Below are positions 1 to 8,802 of a stretch of DNA of 64,000 nucleotides, piece by piece. Under the pieces are notes generated by a model that saw only the letters and a program-made list of their open reading frames with translations, was not told the origin of the DNA and searched no databases. This DNA is from an uncultured Myxococcales bacterium (GTDB lineage Bacteria; Myxococcota_A; UBA9042): positions 2,016 through 66,015 of the forward strand of contig CAINLT010000094.1 in the NCBI GenBank assembly GCA_903850505.1, given 5' to 3'. Within the stretch, counting starts at the first letter, position 1, and each line of letters begins with the position of its first letter. Made by a program: the position numbers and the translations under genes.

Positions 1-2650
1 CCGCCAACTGCACCTGCAACTGCTGCCGGGTCGCCGCAACGCGCGCTTCCGCGTCGTTCAACTTCTTGCGCGCCGCGCCGTCGCCTGCCGCACGCAGCGT
101 CTCCAGCTCCGTCTCGCGCTGGGCCAGCTCCTGCCGCAGCGTCTCCGCCTGATGCTCTGCCTGCCGCCGCGCGGTCGCGTTCTTGTCCGCCTCCTGCCGC
201 GCACTCGCCAGATCGCGTTCGCGGGACGCCAGGTCCTTGCGCAGCGCCGACTGTTCTTTTTCCAACGCGGTCCGCGCCTTGGCCGCCGCTTCCACTTCCG
301 CCTTCTTGCCGGCTTTCTGCGCCACCGCTTCGCGGGCCTTGGCCTGCGTCAGCTCCGCCGTCAGCGTCGCCTCGCGGGTCTGCAAGTCGGTGCGCATCGC
401 GCCAATTTGCCGCTCGCGCTCGTCCAACAGCCGGGCAACCTGCGCCGCGCGATTGTCCGCCGTCTCTTTGGCCGCCTGCAGCGCTTTCTCGCGTTCCTGC
501 GCGCTCGCCTTGGTCGCCTGCAGCTCCTGTTCGCGCTGCTGAGCGCTGACCTTGGCGGCCTGCAGTTCCTGCTCGCGTGCCTGGGCGTTCTTCTTCGTCG
601 CCTGGAGTTCGTGCTCGCGCTGCTGGGCGCTGACCTTGGCGGCCTGCAGTTCCTGCTCGCGCGCCTGCGCCGTTTCCTTGGCCGCCTGGAGCTGGTGTTC
701 GCGCTGCTGCGCGGTCTCACGCGCGTCCCGCGTCTCCTGCTTCGCCGCGGCCAGATCGCCGCGCAGGCTTTCCATCTGCTTGTGCATCTGCGCCAGTTCG
801 CCGGTCACCTGCTTTTGCAGCGCCGCCATTTTCTGGTCGCGTTCCGCCAGCTGCGACTGCAGTTGCGTGCGCGCCGCCTGCACTTGCGCTTCCGCCTCCG
901 CCAGCTTCTTCTGGTCAGCCGTCGACTTGCCCTGTTGCAGGCTCCGCAGCGCCTGCTCGCGATTGGCCAGCTCCGCGCGCAGCCGTTCCGCTTCCTGTTC
1001 CGCCTGGGCGCGGCCCTGCTGGTTGTCCGCGGCATCGTGGCGCGCCTGCACCAGCTCTTTCTCGCGCACCGCCAACTCGCCGGTCAGCGCACTCTGGCGC
1101 TTTTCCAGTTCCGTCCGCTCGCGCGCCGCCTGCTCGGCTTCCGTCTGCCGACCGGCCTTCGCCGCCGCCGCTTCACGTTCCTTGGCCGCAGCCAGCTCCG
1201 TCGTCAGCAGCGACTCGCGTTCCTTCAGCGCCAGCTTGACGCCCTCGATCTCGCGCTCGCGCTCGGTCAGCAGCCGCGCCACTTCCGTCGCCCGTGCGTC
1301 CGCTTCCTTCTTCTGGCGCGCCAGATCCGCCGTCTCCGCCCGGCTCTTGGACAGCTCGACCGTCCGCGCCGCCAGCTCCTGCTCCGCGCGCACCGCCCGC
1401 TGCTCCGCCTCACGCCATTTGCGCTCTGCCAGCTCGCGTTCCGCATCGGCCTTCGCCGCGCGTTCCAGCGCCGTCTGCGTCTGCTTCAACTGATCGCGCG
1501 CCTGACCAAGCTCCTGCTTGAGTTGCGCCGCCTGCGCCTTGGAAGCCACATCGGACCGCGCCAACGCGCCCTGCAGCTCAGCGTCCTTGCCGGCCAGCAC
1601 TTTCTTCAAGTGCGCGACTTCTTCCGCCTGCGCCGTGCGCCGCGATCCCGCGATGTCCCGCGCGTCCGTCCGCAGCTGTTCCGCCTGCTTGCGCGCACGC
1701 TCAAGCTCTGCCTGCAAACCGGCGATCCGCGCGTCATCCTTGCGCTGCGTGTCCCGCTGCAACTCCGTGATTTTCTGGCGCAGCAGTTCAATCCGCGCTT
1801 CTTCCGACTGCCGCTGCGCAATAACCGCCGCCAAGCTCTGGCGTTCCTGATTCAGCTGTTCGCGCAGCTTCTTGGCCGCGTCCTGCTCTTCTTTCAGCCG
1901 CTGGTTCGCCGCGTTCAACGCCGCCGCCGACTGGCTGATCTCCGCCTGCTTGGCTTCCAGCGCGGCCTTGTCGCCGGCCTGCTGCTTGAGGGCATCGAGC
2001 TCGTCCTGCAGTTTGCGCTGCGCCACCTGGGCGTCGTGCTGCGCCGTCTGCGCGTCTTCCTCGCGCTGCCGCGACTTCCGCAGTTCCGCTGCCAAATCCC
2101 GCTCGCGCTGCGCCGCTGTGCGCGCCGCTTCTTCCGCTGCGGCCACCTGCGCGGTCTGCGCCTGGTTCAGCTTGCGATCGCTGCCGTCCACCACGATGAC
2201 GACGCTATTGCCTTCCGCCCGCACGTGGTACAGCGCGTCCTGCTCAAACGTCACGATCACGCGGCCAAAATTGGCTGCGCCGCGCTTGAACGGCACCGCT
2301 TCCACGGAGCGCACCACGCCGTTTTGCACAAAACGCGGCTCGTTGGCCGTCACGTTGGCGCCGACGACGTCGACAATCAGCCGCTGCGGCTTGTCCAGCC
2401 GGTAGGTCGTGAACGTCGGAACGGTGCTGCCGTGCACCGTGATGACGGTCGTCTGCGGCGCTTCCTGCACGTCGATGCCCAGCAGGGACACCACCGCTTG
2501 CGTCGGGTGCCCAGGCTCGTTTGCCCACGCAGTCGCCATCGGCGCCGGCAGCGCCATCGCGACGACGAGCAATTGGCTAATGGCCCGCGAGAGCGCGGAC
2601 TTGCGGTCCAGCAACGGCGGGGTCGTCTTTTGCAGCATTGTGATCTTCAT
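1..2650 (-). CDS. AMIN-domain protein followed by more than 700 aa of coiled coil, at the pilQ position downstream of pilP. Only the N-terminal 883 codons are in the window; the C-terminus lies left of it.
   Basis: Absent from the ORF track because it is open at the window edge. Manual minus-strand translation from ATG at 2650 (AGAGG about 10 nt upstream) gives MKITMLQKTTPPLLDRKSALSRAISQLLVVAMALPAPMATAWA. An AMIN-like block follows: TVITVHGSTVPTFTTYRLDKPQRLIVDVVGANV...GRVIVTFEQDALYHVRAEGNSVVIVV. After that the sequence is uninterrupted A/E/Q/R/K heptad-like down to nt 1. None of the listed minus-strand ORFs in 1-2650 share this frame. The + ORF 152..2824 is its Arg/Leu-rich antisense. Confidence 0.75.
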   Translation of the reverse strand, partial: MKITMLQKTTPPLLDRKSALSRAISQLLVVAMALPAPMATAWANEPGHPTQAVVSLLGIDVQEAPQTTVITVHGSTVPTFTTYRLDKPQRLIVDVVGANVTANEPRFVQNGVVRSVEAVPFKRGAANFGRVIVTFEQDALYHVRAEGNSVVIVVDGSDRKLNQAQTAQVAAAEEAARTAAQRERDLAAELRKSRQREEDAQTAQHDAQVAQRKLQDELDALKQQAGDKAALEAKQAEISQSAAALNAANQRLKEEQDAAKKLREQLNQERQSLAAVIAQRQSEEARIELLRQKITELQRDTQRKDDARIAGLQAELERARKQAEQLRTDARDIAGSRRTAQAEEVAHLKKVLAGKDAELQGALARSDVASKAQAAQLKQELGQARDQLKQTQTALERAAKADAERELAERKWREAEQRAVRAEQELAARTVELSKSRAETADLARQKKEADARATEVARLLTEREREIEGVKLALKERESLLTTELAAAKEREAAAAKAGRQTEAEQAARERTELEKRQSALTGELAVREKELVQARHDAADNQQGRAQAEQEAERLRAELANREQALRSLQQGKSTADQKKLAEAEAQVQAARTQLQSQLAERDQKMAALQKQVTGELAQMHKQMESLRGDLAAAKQETRDARETAQQREHQLQAAKETAQAREQELQAAKVSAQQREHELQATKKNAQAREQELQAAKVSAQQREQELQATKASAQEREKALQAAKETADNRAAQVARLLDERERQIGAMRTDLQTREATLTAELTQAKAREAVAQKAGKKAEVEAAAKARTALEKEQSALRKDLASRERDLASARQEADKNATARRQAEHQAETLRQELAQRETELETLRAAGDGAARKKLNDAEARVAATRQQLQVQLA
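501..710 (-). repeat. Five tandem 42-nt units (14 codons, two heptads) with an 84-nt higher-order unit, inside the coiled-coil gene.
   Basis: The string gcgctgaccttggcggcctgcagttcctgctcgcg occurs at 543-577 and again at 627-661. Flanking 42-nt units at 501, 585 and 669 share the pattern cttgg.cgcctg.ag.t..tg.tcgcg. The protein level reads QQRE(H/Q)ELQA(A/T)K..A. Confidence 0.8.
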
Positions 2651-2668
2651 CGGCAGTTTACCTCTGGC

Positions 2669-3337
2669 TCACAGTTCGGGCTTCTTGCCAGCACCTTGAG
2701 TCTCGGCGTCGAGTTCTTCCACTGGATTCAGCGGCGGCTTGAGCGACTTGACGACGTCAGGTCCGCCCGGGACAGAAACTTGCAGTTCGTATTGGGTAAT
2801 CGCCTTGACGACGCCGCCTTCTGAACCGAGGTGATCGCCGCGCATGACGACGAGTTGGTTGCCCTCACCGTCCAGCAGCACCGCTTTGGGCTGAGCAATG
2901 CCGGTGACGAGCACGATCAGCGTCAGGGTCGTGAGCTTGACGCGCGTGAACGGCGTGTCCTCCAATTTTTCCTTCGGCTTCTCGACGACTTCGTCCTCCG
3001 CCCGCGTCGCGGTTGGCACAGGCTTCTCGACGAACGCGGTGAGATTGGAGCGCATCGGGTTGTGCAAGCCCGTCACTTCGCGCTTGGCGTAGGTTTCAAA
3101 CAGCGGCTTGATCGGCTTCCATTTGGGATTTTCGCCCAGCACGATCCAGCCATCGATCGACGCGCCGCCTTCCGCCGGCTCAGGCGCGGGCGCCTTGGGC
3201 TTGGGCCTCTCATCCGCCGCTGGCTTCTTTTCCGGCGCACTGCCGCCGCACGCTGCCAAAAACGCCAACAACACCAACGCCGCCGTGGAGCGGCGGGCGG
3301 CGGGCTGGGGCAAATTGGGCTTCTGCGTCAGGACCAT
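2669..3337 (-). CDS. pilP: Type IV pilus assembly lipoprotein PilP
   Basis: The lipobox-like N-terminus is ALVLLAFLAACGGS. The C-terminal beta domain reads AVLLDGEGNQLVVMRGDHLGSEGGVVKAITQYELQV. The gene sits directly after pilO in a pilMNOP order. Confidence 0.8.
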   Translation of the reverse strand: MVLTQKPNLPQPAARRSTAALVLLAFLAACGGSAPEKKPAADERPKPKAPAPEPAEGGASIDGWIVLGENPKWKPIKPLFETYAKREVTGLHNPMRSNLTAFVEKPVPTATRAEDEVVEKPKEKLEDTPFTRVKLTTLTLIVLVTGIAQPKAVLLDGEGNQLVVMRGDHLGSEGGVVKAITQYELQVSVPGGPDVVKSLKPPLNPVEELDAETQGAGKKPEL

Positions 3338-3355
3338 GGGTCTCGTTTGCTCCGG

Positions 3356-4090
3356 CTACGTGCGCTTGCGGTTGTTGCGGACGGGAATGGCGGTGCCCTG
3401 CGGCGCCGGCTTGCCCGTCCACGTGTAGGCGTACGCCGTAAACGTCGCGCGCACCGTCACGAGATCATACACCAACTCCGCTTCCTCAATCGCCTGCAGC
3501 AGGCGATCTTCGGGCGTAATCACGGCGCGCTGGGAGGCTTTGCCGTCCGGCTGCGACGCGGCGATCTTCTTCTTGATGACTTCCGCATCCGGCGCCGTCT
3601 GCTCGATCGTCAATTCCTTGATGTGCACGACGCGCCGGTCGTTGCCGGCGTAGATCCGCATGAAGCGGATCAGGTCGTTCATCTTGCCGTCCACGACCAT
3701 GCGGATCGGGATCGCCAGGTACATGTCCTGATTCTGCTCTTTCAGCCGGTCAAAGCGGCGGACCTGCAAGCCCACGTGAACCGCGTCGTTTTGCACCGAG
3801 TCGATGAGGTCAGGCACCTCTTCCGAGGCCGGCAGCATCTTCTTGGCTTCCTTGTTCTTCTCGTTCAGCTCGTCGTTCTGTTTGCGCAGCTTGGCCAGCT
3901 CTTCCTGACTCGCTTCGGCCTTGAGGTCGGAGAGTTCCTTCTCCGTCTTTTGCAGCGTCGCGCGCGCGGCCGCGGCCCGGCCCAACTGCGGGTCGACCAA
4001 CAAGAAGTACATGCCCAGACCAATCACGGCCAACACCGCCGCGAGGACGGCGGCTTTTTGGCCAGGCGGCAGTTTCATGAACTGGTCCAT
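3356..4090 (-). CDS. pilO: Type IV pilus assembly protein PilO
   Basis: I place the start at the internal ATG at 4090 (MDQFMKLPPGQKAAVLAAVLAVIGLGMYFLLV), giving a TM helix then a coiled coil. The C-terminal core is DLIDSVQNDAVHVGLQVRRFDRL...IPIRMVVDGKMNDLIRFM. The track ORF start at 4165 would overlap pilN. Confidence 0.85.
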   Translation of the reverse strand: MDQFMKLPPGQKAAVLAAVLAVIGLGMYFLLVDPQLGRAAAARATLQKTEKELSDLKAEASQEELAKLRKQNDELNEKNKEAKKMLPASEEVPDLIDSVQNDAVHVGLQVRRFDRLKEQNQDMYLAIPIRMVVDGKMNDLIRFMRIYAGNDRRVVHIKELTIEQTAPDAEVIKKKIAASQPDGKASQRAVITPEDRLLQAIEEAELVYDLVTVRATFTAYAYTWTGKPAPQGTAIPVRNNRKRT

Positions 4091-4100
4091 GTGCTGCTCC

Positions 4101-5189
4101 TTATGGGTTTTCGCCGCCAGCGGGGGCGGACGGGGCTGAGGGTGCGGGTGCTGCGCCCGGATCACCCGGGTCGGCGGCGCGATCGGCGGGCGGCGGTTCT
4201 ACGGCTTCCTGCAAAAGCGGGGCGGTGGCGGGCTTGCGATCCGGCTCGGCTGCGGCGGCTGGCGCTGCGGGCTTCGGCACGATCGGCGGCGGTCCGGCGT
4301 CCCGCTCTTCTTTGGTCTCCGGCGCCTGGACATCGACGTCGGTCGGGCCGGCATCGACTTCGCCATTGGCGGCATCCGCGGGCGGGAGCAGCGCGGACTT
4401 CAGGACCGTCACGCCATCTTCGGCATCGCCAGCGGCGCTGCCATCGCCTGAAGTCGCGTCGGCATCCCCACCTGCGGCTTGCGGCGGCGGTTCGCCTTCC
4501 GCGCCAGCGGGTTTGTACGGCTCGACCAGATAAATCATCGAGCCGCGAATCGTGAATTCGATGTAGGTGACGCCCAGCTGGTTGTCGACCTTGCGCTCTT
4601 GCGACACGAGCTTCATCTCGCGGAAATGCGCGCTCGCCTCCAGTCGCCGCGCGACCTCAGCCACGTCGCCGTGATCCACCGCACCGCCAACCAGCGTCAC
4701 TTCGCCGTCGCGTTCCTTGATCGACGTCAGCCACGCCCGCGCCTTCTCACCTGGCCAATTGACGCGCCAGCCGGCCAATTCCATCTGCTTCAATTCGTCG
4801 CCCGGGACTTCAGCTTCCTTGCGCGGCGCGAGGATGAAGGACAAGTACGTCAACGCATTGGCCGGGCCGATCTTCTCAGCGATCAGCTCGTCAAAGATTA
4901 GCTTCTCTTTGCCGCTTTCTTCCAGCTTGTGCTTGAGCTCGTCCGCTTCCGTCTTGACCTTCGCGAAGTCGTCGACCTCTTCTCGCAGCTTGCGACCCTT
5001 GCTCTCCAGCTTGTTCGCCGTGTCCGCCGCCTGCTGCGACCACTGGAACGCGACCGCGCCTTCAATCACCAGGATCAATAGCGCGAGCAGCAAACCCACG
5101 TTGGGAATGCGCGGCAGGGTAAAGCTGCGCTTACCGCCCTTTTGGCCCTTGGCTCTGCCCAGCAGGTTGATCCGGATCATCAGCAGCAC
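4101..5189 (-). CDS. pilN: Type IV pilus assembly protein PilN with a long acidic Pro/Ala-rich C-terminal extension
   Basis: The N-terminus (M)LLMIRINLLGR is followed by a TM segment LLLALLILVIEGAVAF. GGAGAA lies 8 nt upstream of GTG 5189; ATG 5180 is an alternative start. The gene lies between pilM and pilO. Confidence 0.85.
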   Translation of the reverse strand: MLLMIRINLLGRAKGQKGGKRSFTLPRIPNVGLLLALLILVIEGAVAFQWSQQAADTANKLESKGRKLREEVDDFAKVKTEADELKHKLEESGKEKLIFDELIAEKIGPANALTYLSFILAPRKEAEVPGDELKQMELAGWRVNWPGEKARAWLTSIKERDGEVTLVGGAVDHGDVAEVARRLEASAHFREMKLVSQERKVDNQLGVTYIEFTIRGSMIYLVEPYKPAGAEGEPPPQAAGGDADATSGDGSAAGDAEDGVTVLKSALLPPADAANGEVDAGPTDVDVQAPETKEERDAGPPPIVPKPAAPAAAAEPDRKPATAPLLQEAVEPPPADRAADPGDPGAAPAPSAPSAPAGGENP

Positions 5190-5204
5190 GCTTGCGCTTC
5201 TCCG

Positions 5205-6260
5205 TTACCGATCATCGGGTTTACGCAAGGCCAGCCCCATCGCCACAGAGGCGAGCGGAGCCATGCGCTGCAAAAGTGCGGTATCGAACTTCTTGGGATC
5301 GATCACCACGTTGTTGAACGGGTTGAGCGCCCGCACGTGCGTGCCGAGGCGCCGCTCCATGCCTTCGATCAGGCCGGATTGCAGCGCCGCGCCACCACAC
5401 AGGTACACGGCGCTGATGTCGGCGTTGATCGCCGTCGCGGCAAAGAAGTCGAGGGACCGCTGGATCTCGGCAATCAGCACTTCTGACACGCGGCCCGAGA
5501 TCCGCTGCACTTCGCGCAGCACGCCGGACATGGACAGCGTCGTTTCCGACGTCGTCTTCATGTGCTCCGCTTCTTCCCAGGGCACCGCGAATTGCTTGGA
5601 GATCTCTTCCGTCAGCAGGTTGCCGCCCACCGTGATGTCACGGGTGAACGACGTCATGCCGCCCGACACCACGTTGATGTTGATCGTCGACGCGCCGACG
5701 TTGATGAGCGCGACGGTCTGATCCATCGGAATCGGAAAGTTCAGCTCAAATGCGTTGTAGAGCGCAAAAGCATCCACATCCACAAGCACGGGCTCCAGCT
5801 TGGCGGCGCGGACGACTTCGCACATCTCTTCGATCACGGCTTTCTTCGCCGCGACCAGCAGCACGTCCATCTGCGCCTGACCGGCGTGCGGATCGATGAT
5901 CTGGAAATCGACGTTCACGTCTTTGATATCAAACGGAATATACTGCTCGGCTTCCCACTGGATCGAGTCTTCCAGCTCCGCCAGCGTCATCTCCGGCAGC
6001 GAAATCTTCTTGATGATCACGGAGTGGCCGGAGAGCGAAACGGCGACCTGTTTGTGCTTGATCTTGTTCAGCGCAAACAGTTCCTGAATGCGCTGGACCA
6101 GTTGCGGGGCGTTGAGGATCTGGCCGTCGCGGATCGTGTCCGGCGGCAACATGATCGTGTCAAACGCCAGCAACTGGACGCCCTTCTTGGTCTCCTGGAC
6201 ATGGGCAACCTTGATCGACGAGGTGCCGATATCAAGGCCGACTGCGTTCTTGACCGCCAT
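5205..6260 (-). CDS. pilM: Type IV pilus assembly ATPase-fold protein PilM (actin-like)
   Basis: From ATG 6260 the protein starts MAVKNAVGLDIGTSSIKVAHV. It has actin/FtsA-like phosphate motifs and ALINVGASTININV. It is the first gene of the pilMNOP order. Confidence 0.9.
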   Translation of the reverse strand: MAVKNAVGLDIGTSSIKVAHVQETKKGVQLLAFDTIMLPPDTIRDGQILNAPQLVQRIQELFALNKIKHKQVAVSLSGHSVIIKKISLPEMTLAELEDSIQWEAEQYIPFDIKDVNVDFQIIDPHAGQAQMDVLLVAAKKAVIEEMCEVVRAAKLEPVLVDVDAFALYNAFELNFPIPMDQTVALINVGASTININVVSGGMTSFTRDITVGGNLLTEEISKQFAVPWEEAEHMKTTSETTLSMSGVLREVQRISGRVSEVLIAEIQRSLDFFAATAINADISAVYLCGGAALQSGLIEGMERRLGTHVRALNPFNNVVIDPKKFDTALLQRMAPLASVAMGLALRKPDDR

Positions 6261-6463
6261 GCGGGAGGGTCTCCAAGGCCGTTTCCAACTGCAATGCCGC
6301 AAAATGCGACACTGCGCCAGTTATCGCCAAGGCTAGGCGGCCTCATCCAACAGGTCAAGAAAGTGTTGAGCGGGCGCGCCGATGCGTAACTCGCGTTTCC
6401 GCGCCGCTTTGGCTATCGTGATCGGTCGTGGCGCGGGCGCAGATCGACCCGCTGAGGCAGGCA

Positions 6464-7753
6464 ATGGACACTCGGACGAACGGGCAGAAGCAGGGGCAGG
6501 CAGGCGTCAAACCGGAGGCCATCGTGCTGGCGGCGCATTCCACGGCGGAGATCGCCGCGCTTGCGGAGCGCTATCTGACACCGAACTACCGGAATGCACC
6601 GATCGTTTTCGTCAACGGCGAGGGTCCGTGGGGGATCACGCAAGACGGCGAACGTCTCCTGGACTTCTCCGCCGGCGTGGCGGTGAACGGCTTGGGACAC
6701 AACCATCCCGACCTCGTCGCCGCGCTGCAGGATCAGGTGCAGAAGCTGATTCACCAGTCGAACTACTGGCACAACGCGCATGCCGCGCCGCTGGCGGAGG
6801 ATCTCTGCCGGGAGTTCCAGCGCGCCACGGGCCAGCCGGCGCGGGCGTTCTTCTGCAATTCTGGCGCGGAAGGCACGGAGGCGACCGTGAAGATGGCGCG
6901 CCGCTACCACGCCAAGGTGCTGGGCAAGCCGCGGCCGGGCGTCATCACGGTGCACGGCAGTTTCCACGGGCGGACGTACGCGGCGATGACGGCGACTGCG
7001 CAGCCGAAGTACCAGGAAGGCTTTGAGCCGCTCGTGCCGGGTTTCCGCTACGGCGAGTTTGGCGACCTGGCGAGCATCGCGGCGCTCATTGACGACACCG
7101 TCGGCGCGGTGCTGATCGAGGTGGTGCAGGGTGAAGGCGGCGTGGCAGTGCCGCCTCCGGGCTTCTTCAAGGGGCTGCGGCAGTTGTGCGACGATCACGG
7201 CATCCTGCTGTGTCTGGATGAAGTGCAGACGGGCCTCGGCCGCACGGGCACGTTCTTTGCGTTTGAGCAGGAAGGCATCGTCCCGGACATCATTTGGCTG
7301 GCCAAGGCGCTGGGCGGCGGCATTCCGGTCGGCGCGGTTGTTGCGCGTGAACCCGTGGCGATGGCGCTTGTCGCGGGTAGCCACGCGACGACGTTTGGCG
7401 CCAACGCGCTGGCGATGCGCGCGGGTCGCACGGTGCTGGCGATTTTTGCCCGCGATGGTCTTGTCGCGCACACCGCGGAAGTGGGCGCGTACCTGCTGCA
7501 GGCGCTGCACGCGGCGTTTGACGGCCAGCCGTACACGCTGGACGTGCGCGGTCGCGGGCTGATGTGCGGGGTGGCGATCAACGGCGATCCGAAGAAAGTC
7601 GTGGATGCCGCGCGCGATCGCGGACTGCTCCTGTCGGTGGCGGGCACCAACGTGCTGCGCCTGACGCCGCCGCTCATCGTCACGCGCGAGCATTGCGACC
7701 TGGCGGTGGCGAAACTGCGCGCGGCGGCCGATTCGGTCCTGTTGCCGAACTAG
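6464..7753 (+). CDS. argD: Acetylornithine / class III pyridoxal-phosphate aminotransferase
   Basis: Supporting motifs are LTPNYRNAPIVFVNGEG, FSAGVAVNGLGHNHP, FFCNSGAEGTEA and DEVQTGLGRTGTFFAFEQEGIVPDIIWLAKALGGG, the last containing the PLP lysine context. The start could also be GTG 6428. Confidence 0.85.
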   Translation: MDTRTNGQKQGQAGVKPEAIVLAAHSTAEIAALAERYLTPNYRNAPIVFVNGEGPWGITQDGERLLDFSAGVAVNGLGHNHPDLVAALQDQVQKLIHQSNYWHNAHAAPLAEDLCREFQRATGQPARAFFCNSGAEGTEATVKMARRYHAKVLGKPRPGVITVHGSFHGRTYAAMTATAQPKYQEGFEPLVPGFRYGEFGDLASIAALIDDTVGAVLIEVVQGEGGVAVPPPGFFKGLRQLCDDHGILLCLDEVQTGLGRTGTFFAFEQEGIVPDIIWLAKALGGGIPVGAVVAREPVAMALVAGSHATTFGANALAMRAGRTVLAIFARDGLVAHTAEVGAYLLQALHAAFDGQPYTLDVRGRGLMCGVAINGDPKKVVDAARDRGLLLSVAGTNVLRLTPPLIVTREHCDLAVAKLRAAADSVLLPN

Positions 7754-7804
7754 ACCACCGAGGCGAAAAACCTTGACCGGGGAATGCAATCGTCAAGTCT
7801 GACG

Positions 7805-7834
7805 TTGACGTTGGTCGTGGGCTACCCGTAGCAT
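7805..7834 (+). promoter_or_regulatory. Possible sigma-70-like promoter for the 7886 lipoprotein gene
   Basis: TTGACG at 7805-7810, an 18-nt spacer, then TAGCAT at 7829-7834, about 50 nt upstream of the ATG. This is a pattern match only. Confidence 0.25.
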
Positions 7835-7885
7835 GCCACCTTTCGTGGTCCATGTTCGGACCACTGTCGATCGCGGAGTAAGACA

Positions 7886-8776
7886 ATGCGCAATGTGATG
7901 AAGTGGCAGGGAATGGCGATGGCGGGTCTGTGCGTGATGGCTTCTGCCTGCGCGAACACCAGTGGCAGCGGCACGACCGGCGCGGTGACGGACACGACCA
8001 CCAGCCAGGACACGGGCGCGACGGCGGGTACGGACGCGACGAGCGGCGGCCAGGACACCACGACGGGCGGCGGCACGGACGCGACCACGGCCGGCACCAC
8101 GACCACCATTTCGCAGATCCAGCAGGATCCCAGCTCCACGGGCTGCACCAATGAAGCCGGCTTCGTTGACGGCGCCAAGGGCATCACGTTGTCGCAGGTC
8201 GTCGTTGTCGCGCCGGTCCAGACGTCCACGTCCAAGACCAGCGGCAAGACGTCAGACGCCGTGTGGGTGCAGACCAAGGGCGGCGGCCAATGGTCGGGCA
8301 TCGAACTCTACGCGTCTTCGCCGGGCCCGCTCACGACCCTCAAGGTCGGCGATGTGATCACGGTCACGGGCGACGTTTCAGAAGCGTTCTGCGTGACTGA
8401 GGTCAAGCCGATCGCCGTTACGCCGCAGGGCACGACCGAATTGCCCGTCGCCGTGACGATTGACGTCGATAGCATCGGCGCTTCGCAGCCCGCCGCGACC
8501 AACGAGTCGTACGAGAGCGTCCTGATTTCGCTGGAAGGCGTCATCGTGGCTGACCCGGGCGTGCTCGGAACCGATGGCAAGATCCACTACATCGCCGTGG
8601 GCAAGACGGACGCGGACAAGTCCATCAACGTCTCGTCCGGCTTTGGCAACTACGTCACGGACAAGAACGGCGCCGCGAACTACACGAAGGGCCAGAAGCT
8701 GAACGTGCAGGGCCTCGTCAGCTACTACAAAGGTGCCTACACGGTCACGCCGCTGTCCATCACCGTCGCCAAATAG
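7886..8776 (+). CDS. Thr/Gly-rich secreted lipoprotein of unknown function
   Basis: The signal plus lipobox reads MAMAGLCVMASACANTSG. A T/G/D low-complexity linker follows, then a beta-rich domain. Composition and codon usage look like coding sequence. Confidence 0.7.
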   Translation: MRNVMKWQGMAMAGLCVMASACANTSGSGTTGAVTDTTTSQDTGATAGTDATSGGQDTTTGGGTDATTAGTTTTISQIQQDPSSTGCTNEAGFVDGAKGITLSQVVVVAPVQTSTSKTSGKTSDAVWVQTKGGGQWSGIELYASSPGPLTTLKVGDVITVTGDVSEAFCVTEVKPIAVTPQGTTELPVAVTIDVDSIGASQPAATNESYESVLISLEGVIVADPGVLGTDGKIHYIAVGKTDADKSINVSSGFGNYVTDKNGAANYTKGQKLNVQGLVSYYKGAYTVTPLSITVAK

Positions 8777-8802
8777 TTCCAGTCTATTCAGGAGTGAGTC
8801 AA

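Noticed and set aside
152-2824. 890-aa + strand ORF, plus smaller + and - ORFs in 1-2800
   Set aside because: Its extreme Arg/Leu/Phe/Gln composition with no motifs is typical of the antisense frame of a GC-rich gene. The minus-strand frame opening at 2650 gives a coherent AMIN plus coiled-coil protein.
6413-7789. 458-aa minus-strand ORF
   Set aside because: It is antisense to the clearly motif-bearing aminotransferase gene and has Arg-rich junk composition.
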